Of a stretch of DNA of 60,605 nucleotides, positions 1 to 9,381 are shown in pieces. The stretch is from the NCBI GenBank assembly GCA_900320425.1, contig ONSF01000004.1:1-60605 (forward strand), written 5' to 3'. The first letter of the stretch is position 1; the number at the start of each line of letters is the position of its first letter. Below the pieces are notes generated by a model. The model was not told the DNA's origin. It ran no database searches and saw nothing but the letters and a program-made list of their open reading frames with translations. This DNA comes from an uncultured Eubacteriales bacterium (GTDB lineage: Bacteria; Bacillota_I; Bacilli_A; RF39; UBA660). The position numbers and the translations under genes are program-made.

Positions 1-1140
1 AAAGAAAAATCTTTCATTAAAAGATATAAATGGTTAAAGAAATTTAATGAATTAAGTAATAAATATAATATAAGACAAAACCATTATTTTTGGGAGTTTT
101 TACATAATCAATCTATAAAAACAAAATATTATTATAAAATATTATTTAAATGCAATTGTAATTCATTATATTTAATTTGCAATATAATTATTAGCATTGG
201 ACAACTTCTAATGAAATTAAGAAAAAAAATTATAAAAAAAGACATAACATGGGATTTATTGATAAAATATGCAATTAAACAAAAAAATATGAAAAATCCT
301 GATTTATCAATATCGGTTGTAGTTCCTAATTACAACTATGAAAAATTTTTATTACAAAGAATATATAGTATTATATCTCAAACTTATAAGATAAATGAAA
401 TAATAATTTTAGATGATTTATCAAAAGATAATAGTCGTGATTTAATTAATCAAATAGAAAATAAATTAGATAAATATATAAATATCAAAACAGTATTTAA
501 TGATAAAAATTCTGGATCGGCTTTTAAACAATGGAAAAAAGGATTTAATTTAGCAAATAGTGACTATGTTTGGATAGCAGAAGCGGATGATTATTGTGAT
601 AAAAATTTATTAAAAAATCTTATTTATCAGATAAAGAAAGAAAATGATGTTATTATATCTTATGCTGATACAGCTTTTATTAATGCAGAAGGAAGAATAA
701 TTGTAAAAAGTATTATTCCAGAAATTGATATAATGAAAACTGGACATTGGAATAATTCCTTTATTAATAATGGAGTAGAGGAGTATAAAAAATATGCATT
801 TTTAAATTGTACGATTGCTAATGTTTCTTCTTGTATTATTAAAAAAGGTAATTATGATAAAGAATTTGAATTATCTGGAAAATTGAAACAAGCGGGTGAT
901 TGGTTATTTTATGTAAATATAATGCAAAAAGGAAAAGTTGCATATACAAATAAAGTATTAAATTATTATAGATTACATGGAGATAATGTTAGTAGTAACT
1001 TTAATTATAATAAACATTTAGAAGAAATTAAATATATTCATGAATATTATCGTAATAATTATGGATTAACTAAATACCAAGAAGATGAAATACAAAAAAG
1101 ATATAAATTTTTAAAAGATGCTTGGAAAATCAACAAGTAA
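1..1140 (+). CDS. Family 2 glycosyltransferase. The frame is open from base 1, so the gene probably starts upstream of the window.
   Basis: GT2 motifs are present: ISVVVPNYN, ILDDLSKDNS, AEADDY. The ORF-track ATG at 211 has no Shine-Dalgarno. Frame 1 has no stop between 1 and 211. Confidence 0.75.
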   Translation, partial: KEKSFIKRYKWLKKFNELSNKYNIRQNHYFWEFLHNQSIKTKYYYKILFKCNCNSLYLICNIIISIGQLLMKLRKKIIKKDITWDLLIKYAIKQKNMKNPDLSISVVVPNYNYEKFLLQRIYSIISQTYKINEIIILDDLSKDNSRDLINQIENKLDKYINIKTVFNDKNSGSAFKQWKKGFNLANSDYVWIAEADDYCDKNLLKNLIYQIKKENDVIISYADTAFINAEGRIIVKSIIPEIDIMKTGHWNNSFINNGVEEYKKYAFLNCTIANVSSCIIKKGNYDKEFELSGKLKQAGDWLFYVNIMQKGKVAYTNKVLNYYRLHGDNVSSNFNYNKHLEEIKYIHEYYRNNYGLTKYQEDEIQKRYKFLKDAWKINK

Positions 1141-1157
1141 TCTTATAGGAGGCTAAT

Positions 1158-2684
1158 ATGAAAAAAAGTTTTATTAATAAAAGAATATTAATGGTGTTTG
1201 TTGTCTTTTTTGTTATAATATTGTTGCAAAATCATTTTTTGTGGTTGTTTCATGATGATTACGGATATGCTTCGTTAAGTTATTTAACATCATTTAAAGG
1301 TGCAAGAGGTTTAAATACAGGTATTTTAGATATTATTAATTTTTTAAGATTACATTATAATATTTGGGGTGGAAGAGTACTTTATTTCTTTATAGAAATA
1401 TTATTACTTAGAATTGATATATCTGCATATCGAATATTTCAAAGTATTATTACAGTTTTGATATTTTATATTATTTATAAAATTATTGCTAAAAAGTTCA
1501 AATTTAATAATTGGATGGTAGCAGCATTTTGTGTTCTATGTTATGGTGTATTTGAAATTAATGTTTTAAGAGGTGGAATATATTGGATAACTGCTTCTGT
1601 TTTATATTTTATTCCTCTTTTACCATTTTTATTATATGTATATTTATATGATGGAAAACATAAAAAAATAATTTGTGCAATATTAATTTTTATATCAACT
1701 TGGTCTCAAGAACAAATAAGTGCTTTGGCATTATCATATGTTTCTTTATATTTTATTTACAACTATTTTATTGAAAAGAAGAGAAATAAAACAGATATAA
1801 TAATGTTTATATTTGCTATACTTGGTTTTGCAATTTTAATGTTGGCACCCGGATCAAGAGTAAGAATGGGTACGACTAGTGATTTTTATAACTTATCTCT
1901 TCTTGGAAAAATAATGACAAATGTTCCCGTTATATTAACTAAAAATTTTGGTCAATCTACCAAAATATTTAGTTTATCTTTCTTTTTAACAATGGTTTAC
2001 ATTATATATGAATATCGTAAAATTGGAAAATATACAAGACTTGCAGATTTATCAATAATTTCTACCATTATCATTATTTTAGGAATGATTTTTAAATCGG
2101 AAGGATATTTTGCTTATTTATTATATTTTAGTGATAATAAAATATTTAAAATATTAATAATGATTTTATTTTTTATTCAATTTCTATTAATATTCATAAT
2201 GGTTGTTATGTATTTTTATAAAAAGAAGGATATTAATATAATTTATTTAATAATAGGTGCTTTGGCTTCTCAAATGGTAATGATTATGGCTCCTTATTTT
2301 CCAGATCGATCTGTAATTATGTTCGAGATTGTTGGCTTTTTATTAATGGCATATTGTTTTAGCGATATTCTAAAGAATAAGAAAATTAATATTTATTATA
2401 TTTTTATACCATTCGTTATTATTAGTTTGTTAAATTTTAGCAAGATTCTATATGGTTATTATAAAAATAATGATGAAAAGACTTATAATGATAAAATATT
2501 AATTGATGTATCAAAAAGAATAAAATTAGGTGAAGATATTAAATTTGTTAATTTAAAAAAACTAGAAGACTTAACTTATGGAATTGAGGAACCATATTTA
2601 GAAGATTTTAGTTATATAAAAATATATATGAAATATTATTATGATTTACCTAATGATATTGAATTTATATATGAGGAGGATTAG
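1158..2684 (+). CDS. Polytopic membrane protein, probably a GT-C type (GtrII/YfhO-like) glycosyltransferase working with the adjacent GtrB/GtrA-like pair.
   Basis: 508 aa with many hydrophobic helices. AGGAGG lies just upstream of the ATG. It is sandwiched between a GT2 gene and a GtrB-like gene. The function is inferred from context. Confidence 0.55.
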   Translation: MKKSFINKRILMVFVVFFVIILLQNHFLWLFHDDYGYASLSYLTSFKGARGLNTGILDIINFLRLHYNIWGGRVLYFFIEILLLRIDISAYRIFQSIITVLIFYIIYKIIAKKFKFNNWMVAAFCVLCYGVFEINVLRGGIYWITASVLYFIPLLPFLLYVYLYDGKHKKIICAILIFISTWSQEQISALALSYVSLYFIYNYFIEKKRNKTDIIMFIFAILGFAILMLAPGSRVRMGTTSDFYNLSLLGKIMTNVPVILTKNFGQSTKIFSLSFFLTMVYIIYEYRKIGKYTRLADLSIISTIIIILGMIFKSEGYFAYLLYFSDNKIFKILIMILFFIQFLLIFIMVVMYFYKKKDINIIYLIIGALASQMVMIMAPYFPDRSVIMFEIVGFLLMAYCFSDILKNKKINIYYIFIPFVIISLLNFSKILYGYYKNNDEKTYNDKILIDVSKRIKLGEDIKFVNLKKLEDLTYGIEEPYLEDFSYIKIYMKYYYDLPNDIEFIYEED

Positions 2685-2687
2685 TAT

Positions 2688-3644
2688 ATGAAAAAAGAAA
2701 TACTGTATATTGTAGTTCCTTGTTATAATGAAGAAGCAGTATTAGAAGAAACTACTAAACAATTAAAGAAAAAAATGGAATATCTAGTTAAAAATGGTTT
2801 AATTAGTGATGAAAGTCGGGTTATGTATGTAAATGATGGTTCAAATGATAAAACTTGGAAACTGATTGAAGATATTTCTAATAAAGAAAAATATTTCACT
2901 GGACTTTCTTTATCAAGAAATAGAGGACATCAAAATGCTTTGCTTGCTGGTCTTATGACTGCTAAAGAATATGCTGATATAATTATTAGTATGGATGCTG
3001 ATTTACAAGATGATATAAATGCAATTGATGAAATGTTAAAAAAATATTATGATGGTTCAGAAATTGTATATGGTGTTCGAAGTGCAAGAAAGAAAGATAC
3101 ATGGTTTAAAAGAACAACAGCAGAAAGTTTTTATAAATTCATGAGTATGATGGGAGTTGATATTGTCTTTAATCATGCAGATTATCGTTTAACTAGTAAA
3201 AATGTTTTAGAACATTTAGAAGAATTTAATGAAGTAAATTTGTTTTTAAGAGGAATATTTCCTTTAATAGGATATAAAACTGCTATTGTTTATTATGAAA
3301 GAAATGAAAGATTTGCAGGGGTTTCTAAGTATCCTCTTAAGAAAATGCTTAACTTTGCTTGGGATGGAATTACCTCCTTTAGTGTTAAACCCATACGGTT
3401 CATTTTGTCTTTTGGAATAGTATTTACAATTTTAAGTTTTATATCACTTATAGTATTTATTATTTTAAATTTAGTTAAGTTAAAAACTCTTTCAATCGGA
3501 ACATTGATAAGTCTTATATGCTTTTTATCAGGACTTCAAACTATATTTATTGGTATAATTGGAGAGTATATTGGTAAAACTTATAATGAAACAAAAAGAA
3601 GGCCGAGATTTATTATTAGTAAAAATTTGAATGAGGATAAATAA
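2688..3644 (+). CDS. Bactoprenol-sugar synthase type GT2 glycosyltransferase (GtrB/CsbB-like).
   Basis: Motifs YIVVPCYNEE, VNDGSNDKT, MDADLQDD. There are two C-terminal TM helices, as in GtrB/CsbB. A strong RBS GAGGAGG is present. Confidence 0.8.
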   Translation: MKKEILYIVVPCYNEEAVLEETTKQLKKKMEYLVKNGLISDESRVMYVNDGSNDKTWKLIEDISNKEKYFTGLSLSRNRGHQNALLAGLMTAKEYADIIISMDADLQDDINAIDEMLKKYYDGSEIVYGVRSARKKDTWFKRTTAESFYKFMSMMGVDIVFNHADYRLTSKNVLEHLEEFNEVNLFLRGIFPLIGYKTAIVYYERNERFAGVSKYPLKKMLNFAWDGITSFSVKPIRFILSFGIVFTILSFISLIVFIILNLVKLKTLSIGTLISLICFLSGLQTIFIGIIGEYIGKTYNETKRRPRFIISKNLNEDK

Positions 3645-3645
3645 T

Positions 3646-4059
3646 ATGAAAAATTGGAAACATTTATTTGCTCAGTTAGTTAAATTTGGTATTGTTGGAG
3701 TTTTAGCAACCTTAATTGATTGGGTTATATTTTATCTTTTAACTAATATTATAAATATTCATTATGGTATAGCTACCGCGATTAGTTTTTTAATTTCAAC
3801 AGTTTTTAATTACTATTTAAGTGTTAAGTATGTATTTGATGTTGATAGTAGTACAAGTAAAAAAAGAAACTTTGTTATATTCCTTATTTTTAGTATCATA
3901 GGACTTGGTTTAAATGAATTAATTTTATGGATTTGTATTGAGAAGATTCGCTTATATAATATGATTGGTAAAATAATAGCAACAGGACTTGTAATGATTT
4001 TTAATTTTATTACTAGAAAAATATTTTTAGAAAAAAGTATGAAAATAATAAAAAAATGA
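3646..4059 (+). CDS. GtrA family membrane protein (putative lipid-linked sugar flippase).
   Basis: Small four-TM protein with KFGIVGVLATLIDW and a C-terminal NFITRKIF typical of GtrA. The start is moved to the ATG preceded by GAGGA. Confidence 0.75.
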   Translation: MKNWKHLFAQLVKFGIVGVLATLIDWVIFYLLTNIINIHYGIATAISFLISTVFNYYLSVKYVFDVDSSTSKKRNFVIFLIFSIIGLGLNELILWICIEKIRLYNMIGKIIATGLVMIFNFITRKIFLEKSMKIIKK

Positions 4060-4138
4060 CAGTTGTAAAAAGAACTTGCCTTTTTTTATTACTTATGTTA
4101 ATGTTAGTTTGTATGCAAATTAAATAGAGGAGAAAAAT

Positions 4139-4678
4139 ATGGAAATTTATGATTTTAGAGTAAAGAAAAGAAATGATGATGATTTTTCTTTGAATGAATA
4201 CAAAGGAAAAGTAATGTTGATTGTTAATACTGCAACAGGATGTGGATTCACTCCCCAATATGAGGGCCTTGAAAATTTATATCAAAAGTATCATGAAAAA
4301 GGACTTGAGATATTAGATTTTCCATGTAATCAATTTGGACATCAAGCACCCGGAACAGACTCAGAAATTCACCAATTTTGTACAGCAAAATATAAAACAA
4401 CCTTTGATCAATTTAAAAAAATTGAGGTAAATGGAGAAGGGGAAGAAAAATTATATACTTTCTTAAAAAAAGAACAACCTTATGAAGATGTTCATGGTAT
4501 AAAAAATAAGATGAGCATGAAAGCAATCGAAAAAATAAGTACAACATGTAAAAATCCTGGTGATATTAAATGGAATTTTACCAAATTTTTAGTAGATAGA
4601 GAAGGTAATGTAGTTAAAAGATATGATCCAACATTTAATCCAATGGATATGGAAAAAGATCTATTAGAGCTGTTATAA
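4139..4678 (+). CDS. Glutathione peroxidase family thiol peroxidase (Cys type).
   Basis: NTATGCGFTPQY active-site motif, FPCNQFGHQ and WNFTKFLVDR signatures. Confidence 0.9.
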   Translation: MEIYDFRVKKRNDDDFSLNEYKGKVMLIVNTATGCGFTPQYEGLENLYQKYHEKGLEILDFPCNQFGHQAPGTDSEIHQFCTAKYKTTFDQFKKIEVNGEGEEKLYTFLKKEQPYEDVHGIKNKMSMKAIEKISTTCKNPGDIKWNFTKFLVDREGNVVKRYDPTFNPMDMEKDLLELL

Positions 4679-4682
4679 GTAT

Positions 4683-5123
4683 ATGTACGATTCAATTAAA
4701 TTAAAAAATCAACTATGTTTTCCAATATATCTTTGCTCTAAGGAAATAATTAGAAAATATTCGAAAGTTTTAGAAAAATTAAACTTAACATATACTCAAT
4801 ATATTGTTATGATGTATTTTTGGGAAGTTAAAACTTCTAATGTAAAGGATTTAGGAAAATGTTTACTACTTGATTCTAGTACTTTAACACCACTTTTAAA
4901 AAAATTAGAGAAAAAGGGTTTTATAGAAAGGAAAAAGAATCAAATTGATGAAAGAAATTTAGATTTATCTCTAACCAAACTTGGAGAATCATTAAAGCAA
5001 GATGCCTTAGATGTTCCAAAAGAAATAAGAAAATGTTTAAATTTAACCAATGATGAGACAACAATGTTGTACTCACTTCTTTATAAAATATTAAATAATA
5101 TAGAAAAGGAGAATGAATTATGA
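4683..5123 (+). CDS. MarR family regulator, OhrR-like (organic peroxide sensing).
   Basis: LKNQLCFPIY carries the N-terminal sensing Cys. LTYTQYIVMMYFWE and DSSTLTPLLKKLEKKGFIERK form the winged HTH. It is embedded in a thiol-redox operon. Confidence 0.75.
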   Translation: MYDSIKLKNQLCFPIYLCSKEIIRKYSKVLEKLNLTYTQYIVMMYFWEVKTSNVKDLGKCLLLDSSTLTPLLKKLEKKGFIERKKNQIDERNLDLSLTKLGESLKQDALDVPKEIRKCLNLTNDETTMLYSLLYKILNNIEKENEL

Positions 5124-5425
5124 TAAAAGAAATTAAAGAAAATGAATTTGAGGAATTAGTTTTAAAATCAAAAGAAAAAGTTATAGTAGATTTTTATGCA
5201 AATTGGTGTGGACCTTGTAAAATGTTAAGACCAATTTTAGAAGAAGTTGCCAAAGATGGAAAAATTAAAATTATGTCTATTGATGTTGATGAGGCTGAGT
5301 CTTTATCTCAAGAATACGGAATTATTTCAATTCCTTGTGTAATTATGTTTCAAGATGGTAAAGAAGTTACAAGAAGCATTGGATTAAAATCAAAAAATGA
5401 TTTAGAAAGTGTGTTTCAAATATAA
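5120..5425 (+). CDS. trxA: Thioredoxin.
   Basis: WCGPCK active site, 101 aa, RBS AAGGAG. Confidence 0.92.
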   Translation: MIKEIKENEFEELVLKSKEKVIVDFYANWCGPCKMLRPILEEVAKDGKIKIMSIDVDEAESLSQEYGIISIPCVIMFQDGKEVTRSIGLKSKNDLESVFQI

Positions 5426-6333
5426 TGTATGATATTATAATTGTTGGTGCAGGTCCTGCAGGACTTACTGCAGCTCTTTATGCAACACGTGCAAGAAAAA
5501 AAGTTTTGGTTCTTGAAGCACTAAGTTATGGAGGACAAATAATAAATACATTAGAAATTGATAATTACCCAGTTGCTCCACATATTTCAGGATTTGACTT
5601 TGCCGAAAAACTATATAATCAAGTTTTAGAACTTGGAGTAGATTTTAAATTTGAAAAGGTTATTGAAATAAAAAACAATAATAATTATAAAGAAGTAGTA
5701 ACTAAAGAGAATACTTATCAAGGAAAAACTCTAATTCTTGCAACAGGATCAGAAAATAGAAAATTAGGACTTGAAAAAGAACAAGATTTTGTAGGATGCG
5801 GAGTATCATATTGTGCAACATGTGATGGTGCTTTTTACAAAAATAAAGAAGTTGCTGTTGTTGGTGGTGGAAATACTGCGATTGAAGACGCTTTATATTT
5901 ATCAGATATTGCTAGTCGTGTTTATTTAATTCATAGAAGAGATCAGTTTAGAGCTGATAATGTTAGTATTCAAAAATTAAAAGATAAGAAAAATGTTGAA
6001 ATTCTTTATAACAATCGGGTAACCAAATTAATAGGTGATAGAAAATTAGAAGGAATTTTAGTTAGTGATAAAAACAATGTTGAAAAAGAAATTTCTATTT
6101 GTGGACTTTTTATTGCTGTTGGAAGAATACCTGAAAATGAAAATTTTAGAAAATTAATAGAACTAGATGATTCTGGATATATCGTAAGTAACGAACTTTG
6201 TCATACAAATGTTCCAGGTATTTTTGTTGCAGGAGATAATAGAGTAAAAGAATTAAGACAATTAGTAACTGCAACAAGTGATGGGGCAATTGCTGCAACC
6301 GAAGCAATTAAATATTTAAATAGTCTAAATTAA
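5425..6333 (+). CDS. trxB: Thioredoxin-disulfide reductase.
   Basis: GAGPAGLTAA FAD motif, CATCDG redox centre, GGGNTA NADPH motif. Confidence 0.92.
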   Translation: MYDIIIVGAGPAGLTAALYATRARKKVLVLEALSYGGQIINTLEIDNYPVAPHISGFDFAEKLYNQVLELGVDFKFEKVIEIKNNNNYKEVVTKENTYQGKTLILATGSENRKLGLEKEQDFVGCGVSYCATCDGAFYKNKEVAVVGGGNTAIEDALYLSDIASRVYLIHRRDQFRADNVSIQKLKDKKNVEILYNNRVTKLIGDRKLEGILVSDKNNVEKEISICGLFIAVGRIPENENFRKLIELDDSGYIVSNELCHTNVPGIFVAGDNRVKELRQLVTATSDGAIAATEAIKYLNSLN

Positions 6334-6884
6334 AAGTTTTTTCTTATTAAATATACGACTTTTCCAATAACATAATCTAAATTTGGAAGAGTCAACTCTT
6401 CTTTATCATTTTTAAGATGGTGATAACCATCTTTTTTTGTATATTTATATATTTTATAATCTAAATTATTTTTTAATAAAACAAACTTATTATTTAAAAA
6501 TGTTTTACTTTTTTCGATAATTAAGATATCTTGATAGAATATCCCATAGCTTTTTAAGGAACTATCAGAAATTTGCAACGCAACATAATGACTTAATGGA
6601 TTAAATAAATTATTGTCTATTTTTATTATTTTATCTTTATTTATGTGTGGAATTGAAAATACACCATCATACTCTATACTATCTTTTAAATAAGTTATTT
6701 GATGACGCTTTTCATCATATTTTAAATATCCTTTATCTTCTAGAATATTAAGATATTTATAAATTGTATTATATGATTTAAATGATGACATAATAAAAAT
6801 TTCTTGCAATGTCGGGTATTCTTTTTTTGCTTTAGAAAGATTTAACAGAAATTTAAAAAATAATGTTTGTTTTTTTGTTAGCAT
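6330..6884 (-). CDS. LexA-like repressor (winged-HTH N domain plus S24 peptidase-like C domain).
   Basis: The N-terminal PTLQEIFIMSSFKSYNTIYKYLNILEDKGYL resembles the LexA DNA-binding domain. The C domain has SDSS (GDSM-like Ser) and YKYTKKDG (VKRLKK-like Lys). No clear Ala-Gly cleavage site is present. Confidence 0.6.
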   Translation of the reverse strand: MLTKKQTLFFKFLLNLSKAKKEYPTLQEIFIMSSFKSYNTIYKYLNILEDKGYLKYDEKRHQITYLKDSIEYDGVFSIPHINKDKIIKIDNNLFNPLSHYVALQISDSSLKSYGIFYQDILIIEKSKTFLNNKFVLLKNNLDYKIYKYTKKDGYHHLKNDKEELTLPNLDYVIGKVVYLIRKNF

Positions 6885-6923
6885 ATTTCCTCCTTAAATC
6901 AGATTATTATATCATATATTAAT

Positions 6924-6949
6924 AAAAGGTGAAACGATTTCACCTTTTT
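6924..6949. promoter_or_regulatory. 11-bp-arm palindrome AAAAGGTGAAA-CGA-TTTCACCTTTT between divergent promoters. Candidate operator for the LexA-like repressor.
   Basis: The inverted repeat is perfect when read directly. On the minus strand it abuts a TGaTATAAT extended -10 (about 6906..6914) upstream of the LexA-like gene. Confidence 0.45.
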
Positions 6950-6999
6950 GTGTGTCTAAAACCATATAAAATATATAAAAAAATTTTTTTATTTAATTT

Positions 7000-7028
7000 T
7001 TGGAATATAACGTAATTTCTATTATATT
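7000..7028 (+). promoter_or_regulatory. Candidate sigma-A promoter of the bacteriocin exporter operon.
   Basis: TTGGAA (7000..7005), 17-nt spacer, TATATT (7023..7028). GGAGG RBS at 7035..7039. Confidence 0.5.
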
Positions 7029-7047
7029 ATAAGTGGAGGTTTTAGTG

Positions 7048-9105
7048 ATGAAAATTTTATATGTTAACCAAACTGATTTAAAAGATTGTGGGGTTTCTTG
7101 TTTGATTTCAATTATAAGATATTATGGAGGATATGTAAGACGTGAATATTTAAGAGAAATTACTAATACAACAGAAAATGGGGTATCGGCTTATTCATTA
7201 GTTGCGGCTGCACCACTTCTTGGGTTTGAAGCGTGTGCTATAAAAGGAAAAATTGATGATATTAAAGACCAATTGCCGCTTATTGCACATTGTATAATAA
7301 ATAAAAATTTAGGACATTTTGTAGTTATATCTAGTATAAATTCGAAATATATAACCGTAATGGATCCTAACTCGGGATTTCGAAAATATACCTATTCAGA
7401 GTGGAATAATATTACTACAAATACTTACATACTATATAAACCTAAAAATACTATTTTAAAACAAGACAAAGAAAAAAGTTTTTTTCAAATTTTCTATCCT
7501 ATTGTAAAAAAATACAAGACAACTTTATTTCTTATCCTTGTGTTTTCTCTTATTTATACAGTTTCTAATATTTTCTTATCTTATGGATTTGGATTCTTCT
7601 TAAATTTAGAAAAAAATAAATTTAAAAATATTTTCTTTTTGTTAAGTCTTATTGTTTTATTAAAAGAAACTACTAATCTTTATCGAGGAAATCTAATGAA
7701 TTATTTAAATCATAAATTAGACAAAATGTTAATTACTGAAGTATATAATCACATTATAAAACTTCCATATTCCTATATAAAAAATCGTATGAAAGGAGAT
7801 ATTATTAAAAGGCTTGAAGATGTATCTAAAATAAGGGATACAATTAGTAAAGTTTTTGTTAGTGTATCTATTGATATTTTATTTGTTTTGATATTATTTC
7901 TTGCTATGTTAAAACTTCATAAAAAACTTTCATTATATGTTTTAGTTATTACCTTACTTTACGGTTTTGTTGTTTCTTTTTATCACAAAAAAATATCTAA
8001 AGGTATTTTTAAAGCAAAAGAAAAAGAAGTTATGGTTCAAAATCATATTATTGAATCATTAAGTTCTATTGATACTATTAAAGGAATGGGAATTGAAAAA
8101 TATCTATCTAATAAATTAGAAACAAAGTATTCTAGTTTGCAAGAGAAGAGTTTTCTTTTAAATAAAACGTATAATAAAGAAATATTTTTAAAAGAACTTA
8201 TTTATGGAATAGGATCACTGTTTATTATTTATATAGGTTGTCTTGAGGTAAAAAATAATGTATTTTCTGTAAGCCATTTAATTGTTTTTTATACTTTGAT
8301 GATGTATTATTTTACCCCTTTAGTAAGTATTTTTGATTTAGAAATTTTACTTAAGGATGCTAGTATTTCTTTTTTAAGAATTAAAGAATTACTAAATATT
8401 AAAGAAGAATATTTATATCCCAATAAAAAATCTTGTTATAAACCATTAAAAGGAAATATTAAAGTTTCTAATTTAAATTATTCGTATAATGGAATTGACT
8501 CTATTTTAAAATGTGACAAATTAAAAATAAAAAAAGGAGAAAGGGTACTATTATATGGAACAAGTGGTGGAGGAAAAAGTTCTTTAATGAAAATACTTAT
8601 TGGCTATTTTAATAACTATAAGGGAAGTATTTTAATAGATGATAAGGAAGTATATGATTATAATTTAGAAGATATTAGAAAAAAAATTACTTATGTATCT
8701 CAAGATGAGATTTTATATACTGATACAATATACAATAATATTGTTTTAAATAATGAAATAGATTATGATAAATATTTGGAAATTCTTGAGTTAACAGGAG
8801 TAAATTTAATAACTAAAAGAAGTATTCTTCATAGTGATATGATGATTGAAAATAATGCTAGTAATTTATCCGGTGGTGAAAGACAAAGAATTCTTTTAGC
8901 AAGAAGTTTAGTTAAAAATAGTGATATTTATATTTTTGATGAATCATTTTCAGCAATTGATATAAAAAATGAAAGAATACTTTTAAAAAATATATTTGAA
9001 TATTTAAAAAATAAAACAGTGATTGTGATAAGTCATAGATTTAATAATCGTGATTTATATCAAAAGTTTATTTTAATAGAAAAAGGTATGGTATATGAAT
9101 ATTGA
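7048..9105 (+). CDS. Peptidase C39 domain-containing ABC transporter (double-glycine leader bacteriocin processing and export; ComA/LagD/SunT type).
   Basis: N-terminal QTDLKDCGVSCL carries the C39 catalytic Cys, and HFVVI the His. Six TM segments follow. Walker A GTSGGGKSS, signature LSGGERQR, Walker B IYIFDES. Confidence 0.9.
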   Translation: MKILYVNQTDLKDCGVSCLISIIRYYGGYVRREYLREITNTTENGVSAYSLVAAAPLLGFEACAIKGKIDDIKDQLPLIAHCIINKNLGHFVVISSINSKYITVMDPNSGFRKYTYSEWNNITTNTYILYKPKNTILKQDKEKSFFQIFYPIVKKYKTTLFLILVFSLIYTVSNIFLSYGFGFFLNLEKNKFKNIFFLLSLIVLLKETTNLYRGNLMNYLNHKLDKMLITEVYNHIIKLPYSYIKNRMKGDIIKRLEDVSKIRDTISKVFVSVSIDILFVLILFLAMLKLHKKLSLYVLVITLLYGFVVSFYHKKISKGIFKAKEKEVMVQNHIIESLSSIDTIKGMGIEKYLSNKLETKYSSLQEKSFLLNKTYNKEIFLKELIYGIGSLFIIYIGCLEVKNNVFSVSHLIVFYTLMMYYFTPLVSIFDLEILLKDASISFLRIKELLNIKEEYLYPNKKSCYKPLKGNIKVSNLNYSYNGIDSILKCDKLKIKKGERVLLYGTSGGGKSSLMKILIGYFNNYKGSILIDDKEVYDYNLEDIRKKITYVSQDEILYTDTIYNNIVLNNEIDYDKYLEILELTGVNLITKRSILHSDMMIENNASNLSGGERQRILLARSLVKNSDIYIFDESFSAIDIKNERILLKNIFEYLKNKTVIVISHRFNNRDLYQKFILIEKGMVYEY

Positions 9106-9214
9106 TATATTTTATAAAGTAGAGTGTAATATAGTAAAAATAGAAATTTTATATGTATTGGTTATTTTAGGAATAATTGTTTTAATAATAATAAATTATT
9201 GTGAATTTATTTAA
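9095..9214 (+). CDS. 39-aa single-TM peptide (MNIDIFYKVECNIVKIEILYVLVILGIIVLIIINYCEFI). Candidate immunity or accessory peptide.
   Basis: The ATG overlaps the last codons of the exporter gene. It has a hydrophobic core and sits directly upstream of the two GG peptides. No homology evidence. Confidence 0.3.
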   Translation: MNIDIFYKVECNIVKIEILYVLVILGIIVLIIINYCEFI

Positions 9215-9226
9215 GAAAGGAGTAAT

Positions 9227-9367
9227 ATGACAAAATTAGAAATAGTCGATTTAAAAAAAATAACTGGTGGAGGATTAACTGGTTGGGGGATTGCTGCAAT
9301 TGGAGCATTTCTAACTTTTGTATCAGGTTTTATTGATGGGTTTGCAAGACCATTTAAATGTAATTAA
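9227..9367 (+). CDS. Double-glycine leader bacteriocin precursor A (46 aa): MTKLEIVDLKKITGG-GLTGWGIAAIGAFLTFVSGFIDGFARPFKCN.
   Basis: RBS AAAGGAG lies 7 nt upstream. The leader DLKKITGG fits the (E/D)LxxIxGG consensus. The mature part is Gly-rich and hydrophobic with GxxxG. It lies immediately downstream of the C39 ABC exporter. Confidence 0.75.
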   Translation: MTKLEIVDLKKITGGGLTGWGIAAIGAFLTFVSGFIDGFARPFKCN

Positions 9368-9381
9368 GAAAGGAGGTATTT

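Noticed and set aside
6924-6949. Interpreting the palindrome plus T run as an intrinsic terminator.
   Set aside because: Both flanking genes are transcribed away from it, so no known transcript would reach it. An operator role is more plausible, though an unannotated small RNA cannot be excluded.
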